Assembly: GCA_949285325.1 (NCBI GenBank)
Contig: CASDYZ010000007.1
Coordinates: 17,215-81,214 of the forward strand
Source of the DNA: an uncultured bacterium
Lineage (GTDB): Bacteria > Bacillota_I > Bacilli_A > RFN20 > CAG-826
Direction: 5' to 3'
DNA: 64,000 nt
Shown here: positions 19,891-29,196 of the stretch, piece after piece
Numbering within the stretch: position 1 is the stretch's first letter
Layout: each line of letters opens with the position of its first letter
Program-made: the position numbers and the translations under genes
The notes under the pieces: model-generated
Databases searched by the model: none
What the model saw: only the letters and a program-made list of their open reading frames with translations
What the model was told of the DNA's origin: nothing

Positions 19891-20926
19891 TTTTAGCACC
19901 TCCTAATCTTTCTAATTCAATTTTATAAAGTTCAAATTCACGGTCGTCGCATCTGACAAAATGACCTGGTTCAATTTCTCTTAATGACGGTGGGTTGTCA
20001 CGCGTATATTGATGCGCAGTCGCACGGTTATAGACGACTATTTGTTTTTTCTTTTCAATTTCAGGATCTGGGATTGGTACCGCTGTTAGAAGCGCTTTTG
20101 TATAAGGGTGAAGAGGCGCTTCAAATAATCTATTCGCGTCAGCAAGTTCTACAATCTTACCAGAATTAATAACCGCGATTCGATCTGAAATATATTTAAC
20201 GACACTCAAATCGTGTGCGATAAATAAGACGGTCATCTTTCTTTCTTGTTGGAATTCTTTTATCAAGTTGAGTACCTGCGCGCGAATAGAGACATCTAGT
20301 GCAGATATTGGTTCATCAGCGATGACGAATTCTGGATTCATAATCATACATCTAGCGATACCAATTCTTTGACGTTGTCCACCACTAAATTCGTGAGGAA
20401 AACGAGTTAGGTATTCAGGTCTTAAACCAACTTTAATCATCATGTTAGTGACTTTTTGAAGGCGATCAGCCTCGTTCTCATAAAGATGGAACGCTCTTAA
20501 ACCTTCAGAAACGATATAGTCGATATTTGCCCTATCGTTAAGGGAATCGCCTGGATCTTGGAAGATCATTTGAATCTTTGTTTTTAACAATCTTTCTCTC
20601 GATTTTGGTATTTTCCCGCTAATCTTGACATTGTTATATAAGATTTCACCAGAACTTACTTTATTGATGCGGATAATAGCCCGCCCAACAGTAGTTTTAC
20701 CAGAACCCGATTCACCAACTAAACCTAAAATTTCTCCTCGTTTAATGTCGAGGTTTAAATGGTTTATAACAATACGTTCCGCAGTTCCAATTTTAAATGA
20801 GATTTTAACATCACGCATTTTTACAATAGGTTCTTCTTCAACATAATTTTCTTGAAAAACGTCTTCGACAGGGGCTTTTGAAGGCTTTTTCAAATCTTTT
20901 TCATTGTTTTTAGTCTTTTTTAACAT
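19883..20926 (-). CDS. oppF: Oligopeptide ABC transporter ATP-binding subunit OppF
   Basis: GESGSGKTT, FSGGQRQRIGIAR, ADEPISALDVSIRAQ, HPYTKALL. Confidence 0.93.
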   Translation of the reverse strand: MLKKTKNNEKDLKKPSKAPVEDVFQENYVEEEPIVKMRDVKISFKIGTAERIVINHLNLDIKRGEILGLVGESGSGKTTVGRAIIRINKVSSGEILYNNVKISGKIPKSRERLLKTKIQMIFQDPGDSLNDRANIDYIVSEGLRAFHLYENEADRLQKVTNMMIKVGLRPEYLTRFPHEFSGGQRQRIGIARCMIMNPEFVIADEPISALDVSIRAQVLNLIKEFQQERKMTVLFIAHDLSVVKYISDRIAVINSGKIVELADANRLFEAPLHPYTKALLTAVPIPDPEIEKKKQIVVYNRATAHQYTRDNPPSLREIEPGHFVRCDDREFELYKIELERLGGAKNG

Positions 20927-22070
20927 TTAAGTTGCCCTCCTGTCTTTCAAGTTCTTCCGCTGCTGCTTTCATTCTTTCATGAAGTTCTTCAATGACTTTT
21001 GGTTTTTTGATTTTTGGTGCGTAAGGAGATAATAACCAAGTTTTTGCCCAGTGTGTTTCACTGATTTTAAAAGCTGGTGGCTCTCTTACAAAATCAATAT
21101 TCATCGCGTATTCATTTCTAGGTGCGAAAGCATCACCGATAATTTCTTTACCAAAGCTTGGTGGATTACCTTTGATATAACTAAGTGGTTCGTCTTTTGT
21201 CCCTAGTTGAGGTAAAGAACACAAAAGTGCCCAAGTGTAAGGATGAGCAGGATGATAAAATACTTCATTAACTTTTCCGTATTCGACAATTTGCCCACCG
21301 TACATGACCGCGATTCGATCAGCAATATTTGCCACGACACCTAAGTCATGGGTAATAAATATAGTTGTCCATTGATATTCTTTTTGTAAATCTTTGATAA
21401 GTTGAATAATTTGTGATTGGACTGTAACATCTAACGCGGTAGTTGGTTCATCACAAATCAATATTTCCGGGCGGCACGCCAGCGCGATTGCGATGACGAC
21501 TCTTTGCCTCATACCGCCAGAATATTGGAATGGATAATCTTTATATCTTTCTTCCGCGTGAGGTATCTTAACTTTTTCTAAAAGTGCGATTGCCTCTTTT
21601 TTAGCTTCTTCTTTATTCAACCCGTGGTGAATTCTAAGTACTTCACTAATTTGATAACCGATAGTTAAAAGAGGATTCAAACTAGTCATCGGATCCTGGA
21701 AGATAGTCGCAATTCTTTTCCCGCGAATTTGAAGCCAATCTTTATCAGTTTTAAATTGAGCTAAATCCATCCCATCAAACATGATGGAACCACTGTTGAT
21801 AAAGCCGTTTGAATCTAGCATACCAGTAAATGTTTTTGTAAATACTGATTTACCAGAACCAGATTCACCAACTATGGCGAGTGTCTCACCTTTATAGACA
21901 TCTAAATTAATATTTCTTAATACATGTGTCTTCTTCCCACGAGTGACAAATCCTATTTGTAAATCTCTTACAGAAAGAATGACTTCTTTTCCTTTTTCAG
22001 GAACGAATTCAGTCAGTGCACCTTTATCGATATCAATAGGAGCACGTGTTTTATTTTTTACTTTTTCCAC
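20910..22070 (-). CDS. oppD: Oligopeptide ABC transporter ATP-binding subunit OppD
   Basis: GESGSGKS, FQDPMTSLNP, YSGGMRQRVVIA, DEPTTALDVT; GTG start. Confidence 0.94.
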   Translation of the reverse strand: MEKVKNKTRAPIDIDKGALTEFVPEKGKEVILSVRDLQIGFVTRGKKTHVLRNINLDVYKGETLAIVGESGSGKSVFTKTFTGMLDSNGFINSGSIMFDGMDLAQFKTDKDWLQIRGKRIATIFQDPMTSLNPLLTIGYQISEVLRIHHGLNKEEAKKEAIALLEKVKIPHAEERYKDYPFQYSGGMRQRVVIAIALACRPEILICDEPTTALDVTVQSQIIQLIKDLQKEYQWTTIFITHDLGVVANIADRIAVMYGGQIVEYGKVNEVFYHPAHPYTWALLCSLPQLGTKDEPLSYIKGNPPSFGKEIIGDAFAPRNEYAMNIDFVREPPAFKISETHWAKTWLLSPYAPKIKKPKVIEELHERMKAAAEELERQEGNLNVKKD

Positions 22071-22083
22071 TTCTATTTACCTC

Positions 22084-23172
22084 CTATCGATGTGATTTTG
22101 GATCAGTCGCATCCGCTAGGGCAAGTCCTAGGTAGAAGAAAGCGACTGTCAAAGGTATCATAACCACTAATGGTCCAATCAATAAATATGGGTTTTCAAG
22201 CCATGCATATCCTGCGGTTGCTTCAGTTAAAACTTGTCCTAAAGTAATGTCGCCATCGCTGATTTTAAATGATAAATCGAAGAAGGCGAGACCAACCTCA
22301 GAACTAATTGCCGCCGGGATGGCGGTTGAAACAACGGTCACGATAACACTCACTAAATATGGTAATAAATTGTGATTTATCATCGTGATAGATTTTGAAC
22401 CAAGAGTTTGAGACGCAATGTTGTATTCACGGTTTCTAATAATAATAATTTGATTCCTAACAAAGCCAGCAAGGCCAATCCACCCGAGGGCAGAAAGGAG
22501 GAAAACAATAATCCAGAAACCATATTGTTTCATATATGGGGAGAAGTACTGCATGAGCATGATGTCGAGAAGAAGAGTAGGAATGTTATTAACAAAGTTC
22601 CTAAATTCAATCATGATAGGGTCTAACCAACGGAAATATCCCCAAGCCGCCCCGATAGCAATACCTAATATAATTTGAATAATCGCCACCACTGTACCTA
22701 AAAGAAGCGATAATCTAGTGCCTTCCCAAACACAAGACCACATATCTGTTCCTTCAAACCAAGAACCCATGTTTGCCCCGCATACACCAAACCAGTTGAC
22801 AGAATTAGGGCCTAGATATCCCGCGTTTGTGGCAAATGTCGTACCTTTGGTAATCATTCCACCTTGTTCTATAACTGGTGGAAAATAATGGATGATTGGT
22901 CCAAATATAGCAAAGAATACAATAATAGCAAGAATGACGATACACGCAATGGCTAATGGATTTTTAAATAATTGTGTAAAAGTCATTCTCCAGTATGAAT
23001 AAGGTGCACTTTCGAGTCTATCGATTTGTTCATCGCTCGTACCCACTACTTTAAATAAATCATTTAAATTAGTTTGTATGGTGTCATCTACTTCTACAGA
23101 ATCAATCGCACGAGGATCATCATCAATTAATTTAAATAAATTTTCTTCATCAATTTTATTTTTCTTTTTCAT
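22084..23172 (-). CDS. oppC: Oligopeptide ABC transporter permease OppC
   Basis: SYWR...FKNPLA, GTRLSL, REYNIASQTLG, HNLLPYL, ADATDPK. Confidence 0.92.
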   Translation of the reverse strand: MKKKNKIDEENLFKLIDDDPRAIDSVEVDDTIQTNLNDLFKVVGTSDEQIDRLESAPYSYWRMTFTQLFKNPLAIACIVILAIIVFFAIFGPIIHYFPPVIEQGGMITKGTTFATNAGYLGPNSVNWFGVCGANMGSWFEGTDMWSCVWEGTRLSLLLGTVVAIIQIILGIAIGAAWGYFRWLDPIMIEFRNFVNNIPTLLLDIMLMQYFSPYMKQYGFWIIVFLLSALGWIGLAGFVRNQIIIIRNREYNIASQTLGSKSITMINHNLLPYLVSVIVTVVSTAIPAAISSEVGLAFFDLSFKISDGDITLGQVLTEATAGYAWLENPYLLIGPLVVMIPLTVAFFYLGLALADATDPKSHR

Positions 23173-23189
23173 TAAGATAATCCTCCTTT

Positions 23190-24362
23190 CTAATCTGAGA
23201 AGCTAATACGAGGATCAACCATCGCGGTGACGATATCACCAAGTAAGTATGAAAGAACACTTAAATATGCAGAAATTATAATAACACCCTGCAAAAGTGC
23301 CGCATTTTTTGTGTTATTCGCGGTAATAATTGCTTGTCCTATACCGTTAATACCATAAATATTTTCAAGGTAATAAGTTCCCATCAATGCACCAATGACG
23401 GCAGAAGGGAATGTTCTAACAAGAGGGACGACAGCGTTTCTTAGAATATGAACTCTCAATATTCTTCCGGACTTTAATCCTTTAGAACGGGCAAATTTGA
23501 CATAGTCACTGTTGAATTCATCGACCATGTATCTTCTAACCCATAACCCAATTCCCGCCATACCGGTAAATCCCATCGTAAGTACAGCTGGAAGCCAGCT
23601 GATAAAGTTAGAAGCTGTATATCGCTGAGGCATACCCATGACACCACAGAAAAGCGCCATCCAAATATAGTAATAAGCGACGCCAGGAATTGCGTCAATT
23701 GAAATAATATAAGCTTTACCTATTTTATCAAATGCACCATTTTGGTATTTAGCCATTAAAATACCAAAAGGGTAACCTAAACCAAGTTGAAGAACGACCG
23801 CTAAGATACCAATCTTAAACGACGTCATCATTCTACTTGACATGTAATTAATGACAAATTCTCCATCGCTGACACCAGCCAAATCATAAATACGGCCTAA
23901 ATCAATGATAAAGTTTTGACAGTTGCCAACTGCGTACATCATCGAATCAGTATCGATGCTGGTAATGCATAATGTTTTAGGGAAAGGTAAAATTGAATAG
24001 AAGAAATTAATCAATTGTTCTCCCATAGAACCAGCAAATCCCATATTCTCTTTCCAGTTGTCACAACGTAGATTATAAACTAAAGACCCTACAGGTACTT
24101 TAGGGTCGGCAAATTTTTCTACACAAGTAACGTCGGCTGGCTGCGCTAATCTGACTAAAAAGAATGTGACAAGAATCGCGAGCAAAACAGAAATAAGTGC
24201 TGAGCCAACTCTTCTAAATGAGTAATGAAGAAGAGGGTGACCAAACACTTTTTGCATTCCTGGGGTGTTACCAAACAATACTCTTTTTTTGACAAGGATA
24301 GAAAATATGACAAAAAGGACAACTGCGATGATGATAGTATATCCAACTAAATATAGTGTCAT
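23190..24362 (-). CDS. oppB: Oligopeptide ABC transporter permease OppB
   Basis: SDYVKFARSKGL EAA loop, HILRNAVVP, DPRISF. Confidence 0.92.
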   Translation of the reverse strand: MTLYLVGYTIIIAVVLFVIFSILVKKRVLFGNTPGMQKVFGHPLLHYSFRRVGSALISVLLAILVTFFLVRLAQPADVTCVEKFADPKVPVGSLVYNLRCDNWKENMGFAGSMGEQLINFFYSILPFPKTLCITSIDTDSMMYAVGNCQNFIIDLGRIYDLAGVSDGEFVINYMSSRMMTSFKIGILAVVLQLGLGYPFGILMAKYQNGAFDKIGKAYIISIDAIPGVAYYYIWMALFCGVMGMPQRYTASNFISWLPAVLTMGFTGMAGIGLWVRRYMVDEFNSDYVKFARSKGLKSGRILRVHILRNAVVPLVRTFPSAVIGALMGTYYLENIYGINGIGQAIITANNTKNAALLQGVIIISAYLSVLSYLLGDIVTAMVDPRISFSD

Positions 24363-24382
24363 ATAGCCCTCCTTTTAAGACA

Positions 24383-24426
24383 AAACGGGGTCGGCAATTT
24401 CTTATTAACAGAAATCACCGACTCCC
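24383..24426 (-). terminator. Intercistronic oppA-oppB hairpin (partial terminator or mRNA stabiliser)
   Basis: GGGAGTCGG..ATTTCT loop AGAAAT..CCGACCCC followed by GTTTT on the minus strand. Confidence 0.6.
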
Positions 24427-24469
24427 TTATAGTTTAATTAAAACTTTTTAAGAAACTCGACGATAATGA

Positions 24470-26887
24470 TTAATAAATATTAATCGAGCCTCCACCAATT
24501 TCTTCAAGATAAGCTTCTTTTCTTTCAGCTTGTTCAGCACGTAAAGCGTTTCTTTCTTGACGTGTCAAGACTTCTTCAAGAACGTAAGTACCAGTTAAAC
24601 GGTCTCTACTTAAACCATACATACCACCTGGAGTTTCATATCCAGCAGCGCGTGATACACTCCAAGTCCAACCTTGACCATAGTTGACTTGAGGCATGTA
24701 GATAGCGAGTTCTTCAAGAAGCATATATTCTGCTTCAGCAAATAAGTCAAATCTTTCATTGTTATCATCAGTAATAGCGGCAGCTTCATCAACTAAAGCG
24801 TCATATTCAGTTAACAATTCTTCTTCGACGAGAATACCATCACTATTTAAATGATAATTTTCAATTTCGTCTAAACCTAAGTATGGGAAGACATCAGTCC
24901 AGTCACCATTTCTTGTATATGTATTCATATAAGATAATGGATCACCATAGTCAGCACCCCAACCCCATTGGACAGGTGCATAATCCCAACAACCATTTCT
25001 TGAAACAGTTTGATAATTGGTTTGATTGATTAAATCTGTTGGGACGACATTGAAGTAAGGATAAGTTCCTATATCCATAGGTTCGTCGACATTATTAAGT
25101 CTTAAATTCATACTGAGAATAGTGTCAGTATCGTTTTGTTGGGTATCACCATCAAACCACATTGAATAGTATTCAATATTGATAGGAAGGGTAATTTGTT
25201 GATTGCTTTCTGCTTGAGCGTTATATTGTTCGATTGCATCGAGCGCAATTTCGACATATTCCCAAACTTCTTCATCGGTTTTTTGTCTTGTATCATATTG
25301 TCCTGGTTCTAAAAGTCCAGCGACAGTGCCTTCTAAATTTTGTTCTTCTTCAGGTTTTGATAGTTCATCAACACCAGAAGGAATATTTAATTTATCAGCA
25401 TAAACTTCGTAAAGGTGATGTGTGACATAATCGTTACCATCATCATCGATAACGAAACCTTTTGGAGTGTAGGTGTGCACCATGTACTGTGAACGGAGAA
25501 GTTCATCAGCGACAGGATCTTCTTCTGATTCACCATATCTTTTGTTGTACACATCGTAATCTAAAGCATTTAAGATAGCTTCTCTAACTTCTTTAATTCT
25601 AAATGCACGAGCAGTATTCTCTACTGTTGCAAATGAGCCATAAGATGAATAAGAAGTTAATGTATTAGTTTTGTCTCTAGCCATGACGATGTTAGAACCA
25701 AACATATCGCCGATGGTGTCTAATAATCTAGCGTTGACACGTGAATCATATGGGTCCTCATAAGTTCCTGTGCCATCTGGTCCAGTAATGTAATTACGCC
25801 AACCGACTTCATCGTTAGTTGTGAGTGAGAAACCATCGATTTGATCAGTTTCAAATTGATCTCTAACATAAGTATCACCAATTGATGCTGGTGCGACTTG
25901 ATAGTCGATACGGTTAATTTTTATGATACTTGGATTCCAATAACTTTCATTCTTAACATAAATAACATTGTATTCATCGTAATCAGATAGTAAGAATGGT
26001 CCACAATATAAGATTTTATCATTATCTTTACCAAATTCAGTGAAGCGGACACTGTTTAAGAAATCTTCGTTGACTGGCAAATATGCAGAATATGTGAGCA
26101 TAGTTGGGAACCAACGAGATTGAGAATATAAACGATATGTGATGGTGCCACCACCATTAGGGGTGACTCCACTCGCTTCAATACCTAATCTTGATCCGCT
26201 AGCGATCGCGGCGATGTCGGATGCAAGTACTGGATTTTCACGGTAATGAGTACGATAGACAGTTGGATTATTAATTTCGATTTGTTCATTAATAAAATCT
26301 GCCATGTCTTGTTCATCCATACGGGCAAATTGTGGGCTACCACTTGCAATACCAGCAGCAATTTGGCTGTATTGGTAATACTCTTCGGCTCCGACGATGA
26401 AGTTGGATAACAAGTAAGTCAATGTACTTGCGTTTGTGTAATTTAAAATAGCTTTTGCAGAAGTTACCCAGTCATTTGCGGATACAAATTGAGGGGTTCC
26501 AGAGCCATTTTCACTAACGTATTGTTCGCCTTCATAAGTTACCCATTTTACACCGGTTCTAACAGTAAAGCTAAATTCGGTATAATCTGCGTTGTGCGTT
26601 GCGGTTTCAGCTAAATTTTTAACTAAGACATCGTATTCGTTATGAATTAATAGTCCATCGACAAAGTTAGCGAAATGCATCGCGTCTTGTGCTTCTTGCG
26701 TGTTCATGTAGTTCATGTCACCGACAGATGTAGCAAGGATTGAACGGTAAGTCTCTCTCTTTAAACGGCCGTTCAACAAATCGTAACTTGAATCAGTGAT
26801 ACGAGTACCACCGCCACCACCGGTACATGAAGCAAGGACTGCGACAAGACCTAGAATCATAGTTGATCTTATTTTTCCTAGTTTCAT
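24470..26887 (-). CDS. oppA: Oligopeptide-binding lipoprotein OppA (large, 805 aa)
   Basis: Lipobox LASC; NFVDGL, YCGPFLL, KNESYW, WGADYGDPLSY; first gene of the opp operon. Confidence 0.9.
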   Translation of the reverse strand: MKLGKIRSTMILGLVAVLASCTGGGGGTRITDSSYDLLNGRLKRETYRSILATSVGDMNYMNTQEAQDAMHFANFVDGLLIHNEYDVLVKNLAETATHNADYTEFSFTVRTGVKWVTYEGEQYVSENGSGTPQFVSANDWVTSAKAILNYTNASTLTYLLSNFIVGAEEYYQYSQIAAGIASGSPQFARMDEQDMADFINEQIEINNPTVYRTHYRENPVLASDIAAIASGSRLGIEASGVTPNGGGTITYRLYSQSRWFPTMLTYSAYLPVNEDFLNSVRFTEFGKDNDKILYCGPFLLSDYDEYNVIYVKNESYWNPSIIKINRIDYQVAPASIGDTYVRDQFETDQIDGFSLTTNDEVGWRNYITGPDGTGTYEDPYDSRVNARLLDTIGDMFGSNIVMARDKTNTLTSYSSYGSFATVENTARAFRIKEVREAILNALDYDVYNKRYGESEEDPVADELLRSQYMVHTYTPKGFVIDDDGNDYVTHHLYEVYADKLNIPSGVDELSKPEEEQNLEGTVAGLLEPGQYDTRQKTDEEVWEYVEIALDAIEQYNAQAESNQQITLPINIEYYSMWFDGDTQQNDTDTILSMNLRLNNVDEPMDIGTYPYFNVVPTDLINQTNYQTVSRNGCWDYAPVQWGWGADYGDPLSYMNTYTRNGDWTDVFPYLGLDEIENYHLNSDGILVEEELLTEYDALVDEAAAITDDNNERFDLFAEAEYMLLEELAIYMPQVNYGQGWTWSVSRAAGYETPGGMYGLSRDRLTGTYVLEEVLTRQERNALRAEQAERKEAYLEEIGGGSINIY

Positions 26888-27018
26888 TTCTTTTTCCTCC
26901 TTTGAAAATTTTCAATCATGAATGATTGTTAATACCTTACTACAAAACACAACAAAAACAAAGCGTTTTTTTACACACGCACATATATATGCTTGCATAT
27001 ATGGGAGGAAAAAATATT

Positions 27019-27393
27019 CTACAAAAGTGGAAAAACACCATTGACCATATACATTATGTCTATGACTATAAATGGTATTAAACAAATAATTCCAGCAATA
27101 TAAAATGGTAACCTTCTTTTCCAAAACGATGTCTTTATCTCGGGTTCTAATTTATCATCCCATCTTTTTGTCTTTCTTCTATAGGAGGCTTCTTTAGTGC
27201 TACCCCAAATATAACCAACTAAGAAAAAGATAACCATAATAGCCCCTAAAAGGTATGGATAGCCATAAAAAGGGGTGGCGTTTAAACTTGGGATAAGTGT
27301 AATTGCCACGATTATAAAAGGTAAAGACGCACCTATTACACCCATACATACACCGATAACCCAAACTCGATAATCTTTTAACGCTTTTAGCAT
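27019..27393 (-). CDS. Small hypothetical membrane protein (3 TM)
   Basis: 124-aa ORF with three hydrophobic helices; extended -10 just upstream. Confidence 0.75.
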   Translation of the reverse strand: MLKALKDYRVWVIGVCMGVIGASLPFIIVAITLIPSLNATPFYGYPYLLGAIMVIFFLVGYIWGSTKEASYRRKTKRWDDKLEPEIKTSFWKRRLPFYIAGIICLIPFIVIDIMYMVNGVFPLL

Positions 27394-27440
27394 GCATAGT
27401 ATTGTATCACAAGGTTATAAAAGTTTATAGTATAGTTGAT

Positions 27441-28355
27441 ATGGGAAATCCAAATTTAAAAGAAAATAAATTCAAACGTTTTGTCGCGGTGTCCATTCGA
27501 AATGTCATCAAATGTTTTTCACCTACCACATACGTCAAATTACAGTACAAATATATAACTGGACATAAGTTACGTCTAAATCCTCCTATAAGGTATACAG
27601 AAAAACTTCAATATTTGAGGTTATTTGTCTATCCAAAAACTCCACTTGTCTCTATGTGTGCTGGACGAGTAAGTGCTAGAAATTATGTAAAAGATGTGGG
27701 ATTTGAAAAGAATTTAATTAAAATTTATGGAGTTTTTGATAAATTTGAAGACATTGATTTTTCAAAATTACCAAACAAATTTGTTTTAAAATGTTCTCAC
27801 GCTTGTGCGTTTAATTATTTGTGCTACGACAAAGAAAAAATCGATTATAAAAAACTAAAAAAACAATTTGATAAATGGCTTAAAACGGACTATGGCAAAA
27901 AGACGGTTGAAAGACATTATTCTAATATTAAACCACAAATAATTGTTGAAGAATTTTTATTTGAAAACGATAAACTACCAACTGAATATAAAATACACTG
28001 CTTCAACGGCGTTGCTAAATCGATGTATGTTGTTACTTCAAGAGGTGTCGACATTCGTTATAACAATTATTATGTTGATTGGACTCCGTTTGATGGCTCA
28101 CAGTTCAATGGTTGGAAGAAAACTGATTATGAATTAAAAAAACCATCTAATTGGGACGAGATGGTCTTAATCGCAGAGACTCTTTCTAAGCCTTTCCCAT
28201 TCGTAAGAGTAGATTTATATAATATCGATGGAAAGATATATTTTTCTGAAATGACATTTACTCCCGCGAAAGGAACACTTATCCTCGATGATGATAAATG
28301 TGATTTTGAGATGGGAGAATGGTTAGATATAAGTAAATATATCAATACCAAGTAG
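27441..28355 (+). CDS. TupA-like ATP-grasp protein (polysaccharide amidoligase family)
   Basis: YTEKLQY, LPNKFVLKCSH, IIVEEFL, YKIHCFNG, PFVRVDLY, YFSEMTFTP. Confidence 0.88.
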   Translation: MGNPNLKENKFKRFVAVSIRNVIKCFSPTTYVKLQYKYITGHKLRLNPPIRYTEKLQYLRLFVYPKTPLVSMCAGRVSARNYVKDVGFEKNLIKIYGVFDKFEDIDFSKLPNKFVLKCSHACAFNYLCYDKEKIDYKKLKKQFDKWLKTDYGKKTVERHYSNIKPQIIVEEFLFENDKLPTEYKIHCFNGVAKSMYVVTSRGVDIRYNNYYVDWTPFDGSQFNGWKKTDYELKKPSNWDEMVLIAETLSKPFPFVRVDLYNIDGKIYFSEMTFTPAKGTLILDDDKCDFEMGEWLDISKYINTK

Positions 28356-29196
28356 TAAAAGGTATCATCATTTCATACACCATTATGGAGTAATCTAAAC
28401 CATATTCATCATGTAATTCATCTTCTATTAATTCAAATTCAATCGATATGCCACATAATCTAGATAAATTTAATCCATCTAGCGCAAAACCATAAAACCT
28501 ATAGCATCCTTCTGAGTGGCTTTCACCATAATTAGTTGGGATATTCTTTATCGTATAACTTGTTTTAATTTGGTTTAATGTATTATCAGTATTTTTTGTA
28601 TAAAAAGAAACACGCATTTCGATTGATGAAAAGTGTGGGTAAGATTCTTTTTCCTCATTAGTATAATCGACAGCGGCTTTAAAATTCATAGCAAAATAAG
28701 ATTTTCCGCCTTTATTGAAATCTTTAACTTCTTTATCAAACATGTGGCCAAAACCTTCTTCATTTAGTTGCACTCTCGCTAGTTGATAACGGCCGTTGCA
28801 AAACATTTGCCCATCAAATAATTTAGATAAATAACCATATCTAAAGGAGTCGTCGATCCTACTCATTTTGCGAGTCTCGCCATAAGCTTTGCCATATAAA
28901 TTAGGATCATCTACTCCTAATGGATTATCGTCCGAGTAAGAAAGACCACTATCTCGTTCAAAAGTATTTTCAGAATAGGTTTCAAAAACTTGGTCTATAC
29001 TATCTTGTAGTTTATAGTTTTGTATAGAAGTGACGTTATTTTTAAGTTGTCCATCCCAATGGCAATAATAATTTTCACTAAATATTGGGGAATTATAGGC
29101 GTTACCTTCATAAACATCATCTAACATCAAAGAACAAGATGAAGTAGACAACATAAATGTTAGAAATAAAACTATTTTATTCATCTTCGATTTCAT
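28342..29196 (-). CDS. Hypothetical lipoprotein
   Basis: Lipobox STSSC after a hydrophobic stretch; GGAGGT SD inside the upstream gene. Confidence 0.75.
   Translation of the reverse strand: MKSKMNKIVLFLTFMLSTSSCSLMLDDVYEGNAYNSPIFSENYYCHWDGQLKNNVTSIQNYKLQDSIDQVFETYSENTFERDSGLSYSDDNPLGVDDPNLYGKAYGETRKMSRIDDSFRYGYLSKLFDGQMFCNGRYQLARVQLNEEGFGHMFDKEVKDFNKGGKSYFAMNFKAAVDYTNEEKESYPHFSSIEMRVSFYTKNTDNTLNQIKTSYTIKNIPTNYGESHSEGCYRFYGFALDGLNLSRLCGISIEFELIEDELHDEYGLDYSIMVYEMMIPFTTWY

Noticed and set aside
26912..27124. 70-aa minus-strand ORF upstream of oppA
   Set aside because: Overlaps the 124-aa gene in another frame and runs through regulatory sequence; no SD
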